From: an uncultured Rhodobacteraceae bacterium
GTDB lineage: Bacteria; Pseudomonadota; Alphaproteobacteria; Rhodobacterales; Rhodobacteraceae
Assembly (NCBI GenBank): GCA_965656445.1
Contig: CBFHKO010000001.1
Span: forward strand, 764,212-828,211
Reading direction: 5' to 3'
DNA: 64,000 nt
The translations under genes and the position numbers were made by a program. Positions 57,001-64,000 of this stretch are shown here, one piece after another (positions within the stretch are counted from its first letter, which is position 1; each line of letters opens with the position of its first letter). The notes beneath the pieces were generated by a model. That model saw only the letters and a program-made list of their open reading frames with translations, was not told the origin of the DNA and made no database searches.

Positions 57001-58650
57001 TTACATATTTGGGTAATTTGGACCATCGCCACCTTGGGGCGTGACCCAATTGATGTTTTGGCTTGGATCTTTGATATCGCATGTCTTGCAATGCACACAG
57101 TTTTGGAAATTCACGACAAAGCGTGGATCGCTGCCCTCTTCTTCGACGACTTCGTAAACACCAGCAGGGCAATACCGCTGCGCAGGCTCTGCATATTTCG
57201 GCAGGTTCACAGAAATCGGGATTGTTGGATCCTTAAGCTGCAAGTGACAGGGCTGCGCCTCTTCGTGGTTTGTCATTGCAAAGGACACATTGGTCAAACG
57301 GTCAAAGCTCAGCGTGCCATCTGGTTTGGGATAGTCGATTTCAGCATGTTTGGAGGCCTCTTCCAAAGACTCCGCATCGTTCTTGCCATGCTTGACGGTC
57401 CCAAAGAGTGAGAAGCCCAAAGTGTTCGTCCACATATCCAAGCCGCCCAAAACGAGCGAGGGAATGAGACCCCACTTGGACCACATAGGCTTAACGTTAC
57501 GCACCTTTTTGAGGTCTTTACCAATGGCGCCTGTGCGCACTTCGGTTTCATAGGCCGTCAATTCATCCGACGCACGACCCGCTTGGATGGCGTCATATGC
57601 CGCTTCTGCGGCAGCTTTGCCAGACAGCATCGCGTTGTGGTTCCCCTTGATCCGCGGAACGTTGACCATGCCAACAGAGCACCCCAACAAGGCCACACCA
57701 GGGGCAACCATTTTCGGCATGGACTGATATCCGCCTTCTGTGATTGCACGCGCGCCATAGGCCACCCGCTTGCCGCCTTTTAGGAGATCAGCAACCATTG
57801 GATGATGCTTAAAGCGTTGGAATTCCATGTATGGGAAAAGATGCGGGTTTTTATAGTTTAAGTGAACCACAAACCCGACATACACTTGGTTGTTATCGAG
57901 GTGATAAATAAACGATCCACCGCCTGCATTGCCACCCAAAGGCCACCCCATCGTGTGGGTCACTGTGCCCTCTTTGTGTTTCGCAGGATCAATTTCCCAA
58001 ATCTCTTTCATGCCAAGGCCAAATTTCTGCGGCTCTTTTCCTTGGGCAAGATCAAATTTTTCGATGACTTCTTTGGACAAGGACCCTCGCACGCCCTCAG
58101 ACAAGAAGACGTATTTACCGTGAAGCTCCATACCCGGCTCTGTGTCGGGACCGATTGTGCCGTCTTGTTCCAAACCAAAGACACCCGCAACCACGCCTTT
58201 GACTTCGCCATTTTCGCCGTAGACGATTTCTGAACAGGCCATGCCTGGGAATATTTCGACGCCAAGCGCTTCGGCTTGTTCACCCATCCAACGACAGACA
58301 TTCGCCATCGAAACGATATAGTTGCCATGATTGTTCATCAAAGGCGGCATTGGGAAATTCGGGATGCGAATTTGCCCCGCTTCCCCCATCAAATAAAAGT
58401 TATCTTCTTTGACAGGAACCGTGAGAGGCGCACCCTTTTCTTTCCAATCAGGAATGAGTTCATCCAATCCGCACGGATCCAAAACAGCGCCTGACAAGAT
58501 ATGCGCCCCAACTTCGGATCCTTTTTCAAGAACAACAACGTTTAAATCAGCATCCAATTGTTTGAGACGGATCGCAGCAGATAATCCCGCAGGGCCGGCC
58601 CCAACGATCACTACATCATATTCCATTGCCTCACGTTCAATCGCAGTCAT
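57001..58650 (-). CDS. Electron-transfer flavoprotein:ubiquinone oxidoreductase
   Basis: YDVVIVGAGPAGLSAAIRL FAD motif and a C-terminal 4Fe-4S motif (CPAGVYE...NCVHCKTCDIK). 549 aa. Confidence 0.93.
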   Translation of the reverse strand: MTAIEREAMEYDVVIVGAGPAGLSAAIRLKQLDADLNVVVLEKGSEVGAHILSGAVLDPCGLDELIPDWKEKGAPLTVPVKEDNFYLMGEAGQIRIPNFPMPPLMNNHGNYIVSMANVCRWMGEQAEALGVEIFPGMACSEIVYGENGEVKGVVAGVFGLEQDGTIGPDTEPGMELHGKYVFLSEGVRGSLSKEVIEKFDLAQGKEPQKFGLGMKEIWEIDPAKHKEGTVTHTMGWPLGGNAGGGSFIYHLDNNQVYVGFVVHLNYKNPHLFPYMEFQRFKHHPMVADLLKGGKRVAYGARAITEGGYQSMPKMVAPGVALLGCSVGMVNVPRIKGNHNAMLSGKAAAEAAYDAIQAGRASDELTAYETEVRTGAIGKDLKKVRNVKPMWSKWGLIPSLVLGGLDMWTNTLGFSLFGTVKHGKNDAESLEEASKHAEIDYPKPDGTLSFDRLTNVSFAMTNHEEAQPCHLQLKDPTIPISVNLPKYAEPAQRYCPAGVYEVVEEEGSDPRFVVNFQNCVHCKTCDIKDPSQNINWVTPQGGDGPNYPNM

Positions 58651-58915
58651 AAGTGGCCCTCCTCAGCGTCACACGCGTAATATTATTTCAACAATGGTTA
58701 GCTTGGGGGTTGAGTGAAGGTCAATGTTTTGGCTGCAATAAATTGTCCCATTGCGGCATTGCTACGCATTTTTTTGAGGAAACGTCACGTTACCCTCTCG
58801 TGAGATCACAGAATTAGATTGTTTATCGTGGATTGCGTAGACCCCCTTGCTCAGATAACACTGATGCTTAAATATATTCTGCAATCAAACGTGACATAAG
58901 AACAGCGATACGAAC

Positions 58916-59386
58916 ATGGAAAAAATCCCAATGACCCGCGCGGGCTTTACCGCGCTAGAGGTAGAGTTAAAGCAATTAAAATCAGTTGAGCGGCCTGCAA
59001 TTATCAAAGCCATTGCCGAGGCACGCGAACACGGCGATCTGTCTGAAAACGCAGAATACCATTCCGCGCGCGAAAAACAGAGCTTTATCGAGGGACGTGT
59101 CAAAGAAATCGAGAGCATTTTGTCATTGGCCGAAGTCATTGATCCTGCGACTTTGTCCGGCTCTGTTAAATTCGGCGCCAAGGTCCAAGTCGTTGACGAA
59201 GACACCGACGAAGAAAAAGCATGGCAAATTGTAGGTGAGCACGAGGCGAACATCGAAAAAGGTTTGTTGAACATCAAATCACCAATCGCACGCGCCCTTA
59301 TCGGCAAAGATATCGGTGATAGTGTCGAGGTTCGCACGCCTGGCGGTGACAAGTCCTACGAAATTCTAGACATATCCTACAGCTAA
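58916..59386 (+). CDS. greA: Transcription elongation factor GreA
   Basis: [11 protein letters not shown]...[27 protein letters not shown]. Confidence 0.96.
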   Translation: MEKIPMTRAGFTALEVELKQLKSVERPAIIKAIAEAREHGDLSENAEYHSAREKQSFIEGRVKEIESILSLAEVIDPATLSGSVKFGAKVQVVDEDTDEEKAWQIVGEHEANIEKGLLNIKSPIARALIGKDIGDSVEVRTPGGDKSYEILDISYS

Positions 59387-59393
59387 CACGCGG

Positions 59394-60395
59394 ATGACCA
59401 AACCAAAGCGGATCGCGCCAACACCAGAGGGAATTTACAATACCCAAACCACACCAGCCAATTCAAGGCTAGAGTGGCTAGGCGTTGCATTGGCTATCCT
59501 CTGGATGGGGGTTGCGGCCTATGTGTCCGTGACAGCGGACGCCGCAAGCTCGACGCTCTTTATCGCATTTGTTGGCTCGCTCATGGTCTTTATGCCAGTC
59601 GCGATGATCTGGGTCGCAATCGTGGTTATTCGATCCTCTCAACGCATGAGAGCAGATAACGAGAAATTGCATTTGGCAATCGATGCCTTGCGAAAAGCCT
59701 ATATTGAACAAAGCAAATTGGTCGGGAAACCTGCGTCTGATACGACTATTGGGCGCAAGCTTGACGAAATAGCCGCCGCTCAGCGCAAGACAGAAACCGC
59801 ATTAACGATGTTCACATCCACGCGCGTTGCTGAGGCCCAAAATGTCTCTGCGGCACAGGTGGAAACGGGACAGGATGATCAACCCGCTCTTGCCCTTGGC
59901 ACTCAGGCAGAAGAGCTCGCACCGCCCCTAAGCAACGAAGATTTCGTGCGCGCGCTCAATTTCCCCGAGACGGCGCAAGATGAAAAAGGATTTGCCTCTC
60001 TTCGTCGTGCTTTAAAAGATCGTAAAACCTCACAGCTCATCCAAGCCGCACAAGATATCCTTACCTTGCTGAGCCAAGACGGGATTTACATGGACGACAT
60101 GCGCCCAGATTTGGCGCGTCCTGAAATTTGGCGCCGCTTTGCAAAAGGGGAACGCGGGAAAACCGTTTCCGCATTAGGTGCTATCCGCGATCGGTCGTCT
60201 TTGGCCCTGACATCTGGCCGCATGAAGCAAGACGTCATCTTCAGGGATGCAACACATCATTTCTTGCGCCTGTTTGACAAAGGGTTTTCCCAGTTTGAGG
60301 AAAGCGCAAGCGACGCTGAAGTATCTGCTCTCTCTGAAACGCGCACAGCACGGGCCTTTATGCTCTTGGGGCGTGTCGCAGGAACCTTTGATTAA
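59394..60395 (+). CDS. Hypothetical membrane protein (2 TM + coiled coil + C-terminal domain)
   Basis: 333 aa starting 7 nt after greA. TM segments LGVALAILWMGVAAYVSV and LFIAFVGSLMVFMPVAMIWVAIVVI. I recognise no family. Confidence 0.6.
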   Translation: MTKPKRIAPTPEGIYNTQTTPANSRLEWLGVALAILWMGVAAYVSVTADAASSTLFIAFVGSLMVFMPVAMIWVAIVVIRSSQRMRADNEKLHLAIDALRKAYIEQSKLVGKPASDTTIGRKLDEIAAAQRKTETALTMFTSTRVAEAQNVSAAQVETGQDDQPALALGTQAEELAPPLSNEDFVRALNFPETAQDEKGFASLRRALKDRKTSQLIQAAQDILTLLSQDGIYMDDMRPDLARPEIWRRFAKGERGKTVSALGAIRDRSSLALTSGRMKQDVIFRDATHHFLRLFDKGFSQFEESASDAEVSALSETRTARAFMLLGRVAGTFD

Positions 60396-61648
60396 TCAAA
60401 CGCGCTAAACGGGATATAGCGCACCATATCCCCAGCTTGAATTGTCTGCGCTTCATCTGAGAGCTCCACAAATCCTGTGGCCCAACTGAGACCACTCACC
60501 CGTCCTGAGCCTTCGGACTTAAAAACCTCGACTACGCCGTCATTCATCCTTGCTCTTAAAAATTCTCGACGCCCTGCTTTTTTAGATTTCTCAAAGGCCG
60601 CAGGAACAAGGAACCCCTGCGGCTCTTGCCATGCGCCGCCTGCCAGAACGGACATAGCAGGACGCGCAAATATCAATGTACAGGTCAGAGCGGCAACTGG
60701 ATTACCAGGAAGCCCAAAGACAGGCACCCCCTGCCACATACCAAGCGCAAGTGGGCGACCCGGTTTCACCGCGATCCGCCACATCGCCATTGACCCAGTG
60801 TCCTTTAGCAAAACCGAGAGGTGATCTTCATCCCCAGATGAGGCACCGCCTGACGTCAATATGACATCACATGTTTGGCTTGCGTGGTCTAATTTATCGC
60901 TTAGCAACTGGCGGTCATCCCCCACGATACCAAGGTCAACAGGTAAAAATCCAAACTGTGCAATCAAGGCCAAGAGCATGGGTCGATTGGCATCAAATAT
61001 CTGTCCTTCTTCGGGCGCATCCGACGTTTGGCACAGCTCATCCCCTGTTGAGAGAACGCCAACGCGCAGGGAGTTGAATACAGGAACCTCTGCAACACCC
61101 ACAGAGGACAGCAGAGCCAAATCAGCCGATGTCAGGCGTCGACCTTTGGATAAAATGATATCCCCTTCGGCAATATCTTCTCCAGCTTGACGCGTGTTCG
61201 CCCTGGCTTTCAGGGGTCCGTTGAATGCAATTTGCGTCCTATCGGTAGACACATCTTCTTGCAACACCACGGTATCAACACCCTCAGGGAGCTTGGCACC
61301 GGTCAGGATGCGAATGGCATGCCCGATCGGGACTGTTCCTGTGAATGGCTCACCTGCGGCCGCACGTCCTTTGATCAAAGTCAAATGGACAGGACCAGAT
61401 CCAAGCGCCGTTTCCCCTGCAAATCCATATCCATCTACCGCCGTATTTGCATGCGGAGGGCTAGATCGACAGGCTGTAATATCATCTGCCAAAATGCGCC
61501 CTTGTGCCGCCTCAGTTAGACATGTTTCTTCGCCAACAACCGCCGCGATCCGCGATTTCAAATCGGCCAAGGCTTGATCGACGGGAACCCAGTCGACATC
61601 TGCGGGCAAGGCAAAACAATCATTTCGAAGTGGCGGCGGTTTAATCAT
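60392..61648 (-). CDS. moeA: Molybdopterin molybdotransferase
   Basis: MoeA domain pattern (VDGYGF, GEDI, LSTGDEL, TSGGASSGDEDH, PGRP...GLPGNPVA). Start set at ATG 61648, which overlaps the upstream stop (ATGA). Confidence 0.9.
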   Translation of the reverse strand: MIKPPPLRNDCFALPADVDWVPVDQALADLKSRIAAVVGEETCLTEAAQGRILADDITACRSSPPHANTAVDGYGFAGETALGSGPVHLTLIKGRAAAGEPFTGTVPIGHAIRILTGAKLPEGVDTVVLQEDVSTDRTQIAFNGPLKARANTRQAGEDIAEGDIILSKGRRLTSADLALLSSVGVAEVPVFNSLRVGVLSTGDELCQTSDAPEEGQIFDANRPMLLALIAQFGFLPVDLGIVGDDRQLLSDKLDHASQTCDVILTSGGASSGDEDHLSVLLKDTGSMAMWRIAVKPGRPLALGMWQGVPVFGLPGNPVAALTCTLIFARPAMSVLAGGAWQEPQGFLVPAAFEKSKKAGRREFLRARMNDGVVEVFKSEGSGRVSGLSWATGFVELSDEAQTIQAGDMVRYIPFSAFD

Positions 61649-62502
61649 GTAGATACCTCTGGCAAGGGAACCCCCAATATCCACCCTTCTTCTTGAATGA
61701 GGGGCGACAGGTCTTTGGTGGCGAGTGTGTTTCCAACCACATCAGATTCAAGGAATTCTTGGGTGACACGGTACACTTGCCTTGCATCTTTGATATCAAA
61801 AATATCACCGTCTTGCACGCCGTTTAGATCAAAATAAGAGGGATAGATTTCCGCCACTACGGCAGAAGCCGAGCCACAGGATTGAAACGGCCAAGCAGCC
61901 AGCTGGTCACCAAAGGTTTTCCGTAATCTATTCACCATCGGAATGCCGAGCAAACTTTGCGATCCCACAGATCCTGTTGTGAATAACTTCCACACCGTTT
62001 GCGTTGAGCGCACATGCGTTTCACACAAGCGGCGCTCTGGAAACCCATGTCCCTGTCGTTGGCTACCTTTGTGGGGCAAGGCGTCTAAATGGATGGTGCT
62101 CGGACATCCCCAGAACGGTCCAATCCCTGGACTTTGCTCGTTAAGGCGCGCTGCAACATCGAAGCGATTGTTTCGATTATCTGGCGCATCCATTATGTGC
62201 GCGGACAATACATCCCAGATCGCAAAGGCCTCGGCACGCCCCGTTAGCGCCTCGGCAAAGCCCGTAGGATAGCCCAACGCAAAATCCACCCCAAGAAGCA
62301 CGCGATGACCTGCTTTTGCTTCGCTGTCCAACGTTGCGAGCACATAGTCAAAACAAGCCTGTCGCGTACGGTGATACTTTGGCGTTTCGATATCGCCACC
62401 TCGCCGCCCAAGGCAGGTATAAATCGCGTCCGCACAGGGGTTAACAGGAGACGGTTTGGATCGTGAGGACCAATCTAGCGTTATGACCACATCTGGGATC
62501 AA
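61645..62502 (-). CDS. Conserved hypothetical protein embedded in the Moco operon (possibly an RNase H-like/DUF429-type fold)
   Basis: 285 aa. TTG start overlaps the mobB stop, and its own stop overlaps the moeA ATG. No motif I can assign with confidence. Confidence 0.6.
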   Translation of the reverse strand: MIPDVVITLDWSSRSKPSPVNPCADAIYTCLGRRGGDIETPKYHRTRQACFDYVLATLDSEAKAGHRVLLGVDFALGYPTGFAEALTGRAEAFAIWDVLSAHIMDAPDNRNNRFDVAARLNEQSPGIGPFWGCPSTIHLDALPHKGSQRQGHGFPERRLCETHVRSTQTVWKLFTTGSVGSQSLLGIPMVNRLRKTFGDQLAAWPFQSCGSASAVVAEIYPSYFDLNGVQDGDIFDIKDARQVYRVTQEFLESDVVGNTLATKDLSPLIQEEGWILGVPLPEVST

Positions 62503-62990
62503 AGACCGACCTCGCCCATAATGAAATCCGCAATCGCGCGCGTGTCGTTTAGATCGAAAACGGGGCGATCCACATCGAGAGGGCTATCGCTCGCAATCGC
62601 GCGAATGGTGTCATCCTCGGGGGCGATCAAGGGGTTGCCGGTTTCTGCTCGAAAGGCTTCTATCTTGGGATGGCGATCCCGTTTGTAGCCCTCGACCAGC
62701 ACCAAATCCACGGGTTCTAATTTGGACAACAAGGTTTGCAACGTCGGCTCGTCTTCGTCACGCAGCTCGTGCATGAGGGCAAATCTATTCCGAGACGCCA
62801 AGAGAACTTCGCTCGCGCCTGCCTCGCGATGGCGGTGAGAATCCTTGCCGATATGATCCACATCGAAACTATGATGCGCATGTTTTACTGTTGAAACACG
62901 TAGCCCTCTTGTAACGAACTCAGTGACCAACCGCTCCATCAGCCCTGTTTTGCCCGCGTTTTTCCATCCCGTCACACCATAGAGTTTCAT
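62499..62990 (-). CDS. mobB: Molybdopterin-guanine dinucleotide biosynthesis adapter protein
   Basis: P-loop GWKNAGKTG, 163 aa. Confidence 0.88.
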   Translation of the reverse strand: MKLYGVTGWKNAGKTGLMERLVTEFVTRGLRVSTVKHAHHSFDVDHIGKDSHRHREAGASEVLLASRNRFALMHELRDEDEPTLQTLLSKLEPVDLVLVEGYKRDRHPKIEAFRAETGNPLIAPEDDTIRAIASDSPLDVDRPVFDLNDTRAIADFIMGEVGL

Positions 62991-63604
62991 GCGATGTCTC
63001 CTAATAGGTTGCGCGCTGTTTCAAGGTCTTGTGGAGTATTTACATTGAAAAACGGATCAAAGGGAACCTTGTCAAATTCAACCAATTGACCATCATGCCG
63101 ATCCGTCCACATGACCACTTTGCGAACCCCTTCCAAGAGCGCCGCTCGCAAATCATCACGAAGGGCTACAGGCCAAAGGCCAAAGGTCGGATGACGATAG
63201 AGCCGCCCCTCTTCGCGCGTTGCAGACAAGACCAAGGGATGGGCCATGCCATGCCCCTTGGCCATCAAACGCGCGACCAAATCCGTTGGGAAAAACGGCG
63301 TGTCGGCAGCCACGGTCACAATGGTCTCTGCCCCTTGCTCCTGCGCCCAATCAAGACCAGCCAAGACACCTGCGAGAGGTCCAACAAAGTCGGGAATGCT
63401 ATCTTGGATCACGGGATAGGACATATCAGAAAACCGCGAAGGATCGCCATTTGCGTTCAATGCAATCTGATCAACCTGCGGCGCTAATCGCGTCACCACA
63501 TGATCCAACAAAGACCGCCCAGCAAGATCAAGGCGCCCCTTGTCCCCGCCCCCCATGCGACGGGCTTGACCACCCGCTAAAATGACCCCCAATGGTCGTG
63601 TCAT
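62987..63604 (-). CDS. mobA: Molybdenum cofactor guanylyltransferase
   Basis: LGVILAGGQARRMGGGDKG N-terminal motif, 205 aa. Confidence 0.88.
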   Translation of the reverse strand: MTRPLGVILAGGQARRMGGGDKGRLDLAGRSLLDHVVTRLAPQVDQIALNANGDPSRFSDMSYPVIQDSIPDFVGPLAGVLAGLDWAQEQGAETIVTVAADTPFFPTDLVARLMAKGHGMAHPLVLSATREEGRLYRHPTFGLWPVALRDDLRAALLEGVRKVVMWTDRHDGQLVEFDKVPFDPFFNVNTPQDLETARNLLGDIA

Positions 63605-64000
63605 TTGGACGATCCTTTTCGACCAGACTTTTTCGGCTCTTCATGGATTTGATCGGGATCAATGTCCCAACCTAATCTGTCCTCTCCAGAGAGACAGATA
63701 AACCGCTTGCCCCGCATACGACCAATCAAGGTCAAACCAACCTGTCGGGCGAGGTCCACCCCCCAAGCAGTAAAGCCAGAGCGAGACACTAAAACGGGAA
63801 TGCCCATCTGTGCGGTTTTAATAACCATCTCAGAGGTGAGGCGACCTGTTGTATAGAGAATTTTATCCTCACTCGATGCCCTCTCAGAATACATCCAACC
63901 CGCAATCTTATCTACCGCATTATGTCGACCGACATCTTCCATATAAACAAGGGGTTGATCCGCTTGGCATAATACCGATCCATGAATTGCGCCTGCTTCT
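63601..64000 (-). CDS. fdhD: Formate dehydrogenase accessory sulfurtransferase FdhD (C-terminal part; gene runs off the right edge)
   Basis: EDVGRHNAVDK motif. My translation shows the frame stays open upstream of the track Met (…EAGAIHGSVLCQADQPLVYMEDVGRHN). Confidence 0.85.
   Translation of the reverse strand, partial: EAGAIHGSVLCQADQPLVYMEDVGRHNAVDKIAGWMYSERASSEDKILYTTGRLTSEMVIKTAQMGIPVLVSRSGFTAWGVDLARQVGLTLIGRMRGKRFICLSGEDRLGWDIDPDQIHEEPKKSGRKGSSK

Noticed and set aside
58780-58905. AACGTCACGTT (about 58786) and AAACGTGAC (about 58889) related inverted motifs in the ETF-QO/greA divergent region as a regulator site.
   Set aside because: The match is only 8-9 nt, there is a single pair, and I could recall no matching known motif. 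The evidence is too weak to call.

Overview
Densely coded chromosomal segment, about 69 protein genes and one tRNA. No rRNA, CRISPR array, IS element, integrase or phage gene was seen. Several markers point to an alphaproteobacterium, most likely a marine Rhodobacterales (roseobacter-type) organism with moderate GC (judged by eye, not computed): CcrM next to RNase HII, an F0-only atpI-B-E-F'-F operon with two b-type subunits, a DUF721/DciA protein, S16 with a Lys/Ala-rich tail, and ffh-rpsP-rimM-trmD-rplS synteny.

Content from left to right:
- parC, then a coupled DUF898 plus M48 peptidase pair.
- A large taurine/sulfoacetaldehyde island: tauABC, tpa, tauR, xsc, ackA, an inverted pta, a short-type citrate synthase paralogue, tauE and a SoeABC-like cytoplasmic sulfite dehydrogenase.
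- The F0 ATP synthase operon, then ArsR and LysR regulators.
- The ffh / two GNAT genes / chorismate mutase / rpsP-rimM-trmD-rplS-rpmE translation cluster.
- A divergent KdtA-like gene plus lpxK.
- CoA-transferase, dsbA, dciA, mutY, an orphan alkB, ccrM, rnhB and pxpBC.
- A CDGSH-GltS-like fusion plus a hemerythrin-like protein.
- A ZrgA-type (DUF2796 / ABC / FtsX / DUF3299) putative zinc uptake operon.
- tRNA-Arg(CCU), a LacI regulator, ispB and ispE, a TPR protein, ETF-QO and greA.
- A translationally coupled fdhD-mobA-mobB-orf285-moeA molybdenum cofactor operon.

No obvious defence or mobile system is present. The candidates most worth follow-up are:
- The low-GC islet carrying an XRE-HTH protein with an unassigned C-terminal domain, inserted in the middle of the taurine regulon.
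- The unusual architecture of the acetyl-phosphate branch: ackA, inverted pta and a dedicated citrate synthase.
- Shared 23-bp-spaced direct-repeat operators upstream of tpa and xsc.
- The CDGSH x2-FMN glutamate-synthase-like fusion with its hemerythrin partner.
- The uncharacterised orf285 embedded in the Moco operon.
- A KdtA-like protein with degenerate signature motifs.
- A 42-bp dispersed repeat.
- Long structured leaders upstream of ffh and rplS.

All functional calls rest on my reading of the translated ORFs and remembered family motifs. No database search was run.
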